DNA of 64,000 bases from the human T2T-CHM13v2.0 reference genome, Homo sapiens. Shown piece by piece: positions 62,101-64,000 of this stretch. The stretch is taken from the NCBI RefSeq assembly GCF_009914755.1, contig NC_060944.1; one strand, given 5' to 3'. Made by a program: the position numbers and the translations under genes. Within the stretch, counting starts at the first letter, position 1. Every line of letters starts with the position of its first letter. The notes under the pieces were generated by a model. The model saw only the letters and a program-made list of their open reading frames with translations. It made no database searches and was not told the origin of the DNA.

Positions 62101-64000
62101 CTTTTGAGAGAGCAGTTTTGAAACACTCTTTTTGTGGAATATGCAAGTGGGTATTAGGCCAGCTTGGAGGATTTCGTTGGAAACGGGAATACGTATAAAA
62201 AGCAGACAGCAGCATTGTCAGAAACTACTTTGTGATGTTTGCATTCAAGTCACAGAATTGAACACTCCCTTTCACAGAGCAGGTTTGAAACACTCTTTTT
62301 GTAGTGTCTGTAAGTGAACATTTGGATTGCTTTCAGGCCTAAGGTGAAAAAGGAAATATCTTCCCATAAAAACTAGACAGAAGCATTCTCAGAAACTTGT
62401 TTGTGATGTGTGCCCTCTACTGACAGAGTTGAACCTTTCTTTGCAAAGAGCAGTTTTGAAACACTCTTTTTGTAGAATCTGCAAGAGGATATTTGGATAG
62501 CTTTGAGGATTTCTTGGGAAACGGGAATGTCTTCAGATAAACTCTAGACAGAAGCATTCTCAGAAACTTCTTTGGGATGTTTCAATTGAAGTCACAGTGT
62601 TGAACATTCCCTTTCACAGAGCAGGTTTGAAACACTCTTTTTGTAGTGTCTATAAGTGAACATTTGGCGTGCTTTCAGGCCTAACGTGAAAAAGGAAATA
62701 TCTTCCCATAAAAACTAGACAGAAGCATTCTCAGAAACTTGTTCTTGATGTGTGCCCTCTACTGACAGAGTTGAACCTTTCTTTGCAAAGAGCAGCTTTG
62801 AAACACTCTTTTTGTAGAATCTGCAAGAGGATATTTGGATAGCTTGGAGGATTTCGTTGGAAACGGGTATGTCTTCAGATAAACTCTAGACAGAAGCATT
62901 CTCAGAAACTTCTTTGGGATGTTGCATTCAAGTCACAGAGTAGAACATTCCCATTCATAGAGCAGATTTGAAACACTCTTTTTGTAGTATCTGGAAGTGG
63001 ACATTTGGAGCGCTTTCAGGCCTATGTTGAAAAAGGAAATATCTTCCCATAAAAACTAGACGGAAGCATTCTCAGAAACTTATTTGTGATGTGTTTGCTC
63101 AACTAACAGGATTGAACCATCGTTTTGAAGGAGCAGTTTTGAAACACTGTTTTCGTGGAATCTGCAAGTGGATATTTGGCTAGCTTTGAGGATTTCGTTG
63201 GAAACGGGATTACATATAAAAAGGAGACAGCAGCATTCTCAGAAACTTCTTTGTGATGTCTGCATTCAATTCACAGAGTTGAGCATTCCCTTTCATAGAG
63301 CAGGTTGGAAACACTCTTTTTGTAGTATCTGGATGAGGACATTTGGAGCGCTTTCAGGCGTATGGTGAAAAAGGAAATATCTTCCCGTAAAAACTAGACA
63401 GAAGCATTCTCAGAAGTTTATTTGTGATGTGTGCCCTCAACTAACAGAGTTGAACCTTTCTTTTGATAGAGCAGTTTTGAAACACTCTTTTTGTAAAATC
63501 TGCAAGAGGATATTTGGATAGCTTTGAGGATTTCGTTGCAAACGGGAATGGCTTCATATAAACTCTAGACAGAAGCATTCTCAGAAACTTCGTTGGGATG
63601 TTTCGATTGAAGTCCCAGTGTTGAACATTCCCTTTTATAGAGCAGGTTGGAAACACTCTTTCTGCATTCCCTGGAAGTGGACATTTGGAGCGCTTTCAGG
63701 ACGACGGTGAAAATGGAAATATCTTCCAAGAAAATCTAGATAGAAGCAACGTCAGAAACTTTTATGTGATGGATCTACTCAGCTAACAGAGTTGAACCTT
63801 TCTTTTGAGAGAGCAGTTTTGCAACACTCTTTTTGTGGAATATGCAAGTGGATATTAGGGCAGCTTTGAGGATTTCGTTGGAAACGGGAATACATGTAAA
63901 AAGCAGACAGCAGCATTCTCAGAAACTTCTTTGTGATGTTTGCATTGAAGTCACAGAGTTGAACATTCCCTTTGAGAGAGCAGGTTTGAAACACGCCTTT
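59133..64000 (+). repeat. 16-mer HOR U23 plus partial U24, truncated by the window end
   Basis: The 2719-bp spacing resumes (59413 to 62132). Confidence 0.96.

Larger units (their letters stand above)
1..64000 (+). repeat. Centromeric alpha-satellite HOR array (~171-bp monomers, dimeric SF2-like, 2719-bp 16-mer HOR)
   Basis: Alpha-satellite hallmarks (CATTCTCAGAAACTT, TTTGAAACACTCTTTTTGT) recur about every 170 bp. CENP-B boxes occur in alternate monomers. The ORF track repeats with a 2719-bp period (281, 3000, 5719 ...). No break or strand switch is seen. Confidence 0.99.
1..64000 (+). repeat. Probable identity: human chromosome 20 active centromeric array D20Z2 (S2C20H1L)
   Basis: Inference from recall: a dimeric 16-mer with SF2-type short monomers (GGGATTACATATAAAAAG-AGACAGCAG) and high homogeneity matches my knowledge of D20Z2. 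Not confirmed by alignment. Confidence 0.7.

Noticed and set aside
281-63994. Repeated 61-84 aa ORFs on both strands
   Set aside because: They are chance translations of alpha-satellite monomers. Many begin at non-ATG codons (e.g. TTG at 281), they recur with the repeat period, they resemble no protein family I recognise, and they appear or vanish with single SNPs.
1-64000. CRISPR-like pattern of conserved motifs with intervening sequence
   Set aside because: The intervening sequences are homologous monomer bodies rather than unique spacers, and there are no cas genes.
1-64000. Assignment to other 2.7-kb 16-mer arrays (D17Z1, D7Z2)
   Set aside because: D17Z1 is pentameric SF3 and defined by an EcoRI site. 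Here the structure is strictly dimeric and I saw no GAATTC. D7Z2 is, from recall, poor in CENP-B boxes, unlike this array.
1-64000. Transposon insertion, inversion or non-satellite island
   Set aside because: Unit spacings account for every base (2719, 2717 or 2377 bp) and motif orientation never flips.
1-64000. A novel gene-encoded biological system
   Set aside because: Nothing in the sequence supports one. All structure is explained by alpha-satellite HOR organisation and turnover.

Overview
The entire 64 kb is one uninterrupted, single-orientation array of primate (almost certainly human) centromeric alpha-satellite DNA. It is built from ~171-bp monomers in an alternating A/B dimer pattern, organised into a 2719-bp, 16-monomer higher-order repeat (HOR). 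There are 23 complete units plus a partial one; neighbouring copies differ by only a handful of bases by eye. Each canonical HOR has 8 CENP-B box positions, 7 with an intact core and 1 fixed degenerate. The dimeric layout and 167-bp short monomers fit suprachromosomal family 2 (SF2), and a 16-mer SF2 HOR points to the live chr20 array D20Z2; this assignment is from recall, not alignment. I see no genes, RNA genes, transposons, inversions or CRISPR, and all listed ORFs are by-products of the repeat. I found no new gene-encoded system. The notable signal is array evolution: two 14-mer HORs that delete exactly the dimer carrying the dead CENP-B box through a 44-bp identity tract, a 6+6+2+2 internal HOR architecture, local 1-HOR and 2-HOR duplication blocks, one CpG-decayed HOR that lost two extra boxes, clustered variants and triallelic sites. 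Unit starts used below: U1 1, U2 2720, U3 5439, U4 8158, U5 10877, U6 13594, U7 16313, U8 19032, U9 21751, U10 24470, U11 27189, U12 29908, U13 32627, U14 35346, U15 38065, U16 40784, U17 43503, U18 46222, U19 48941, U20 51660, U21 54037, U22 56756, U23 59133, U24 61852 (phase is arbitrary, set by the window start). Variant calls were made by eye and may be incomplete.
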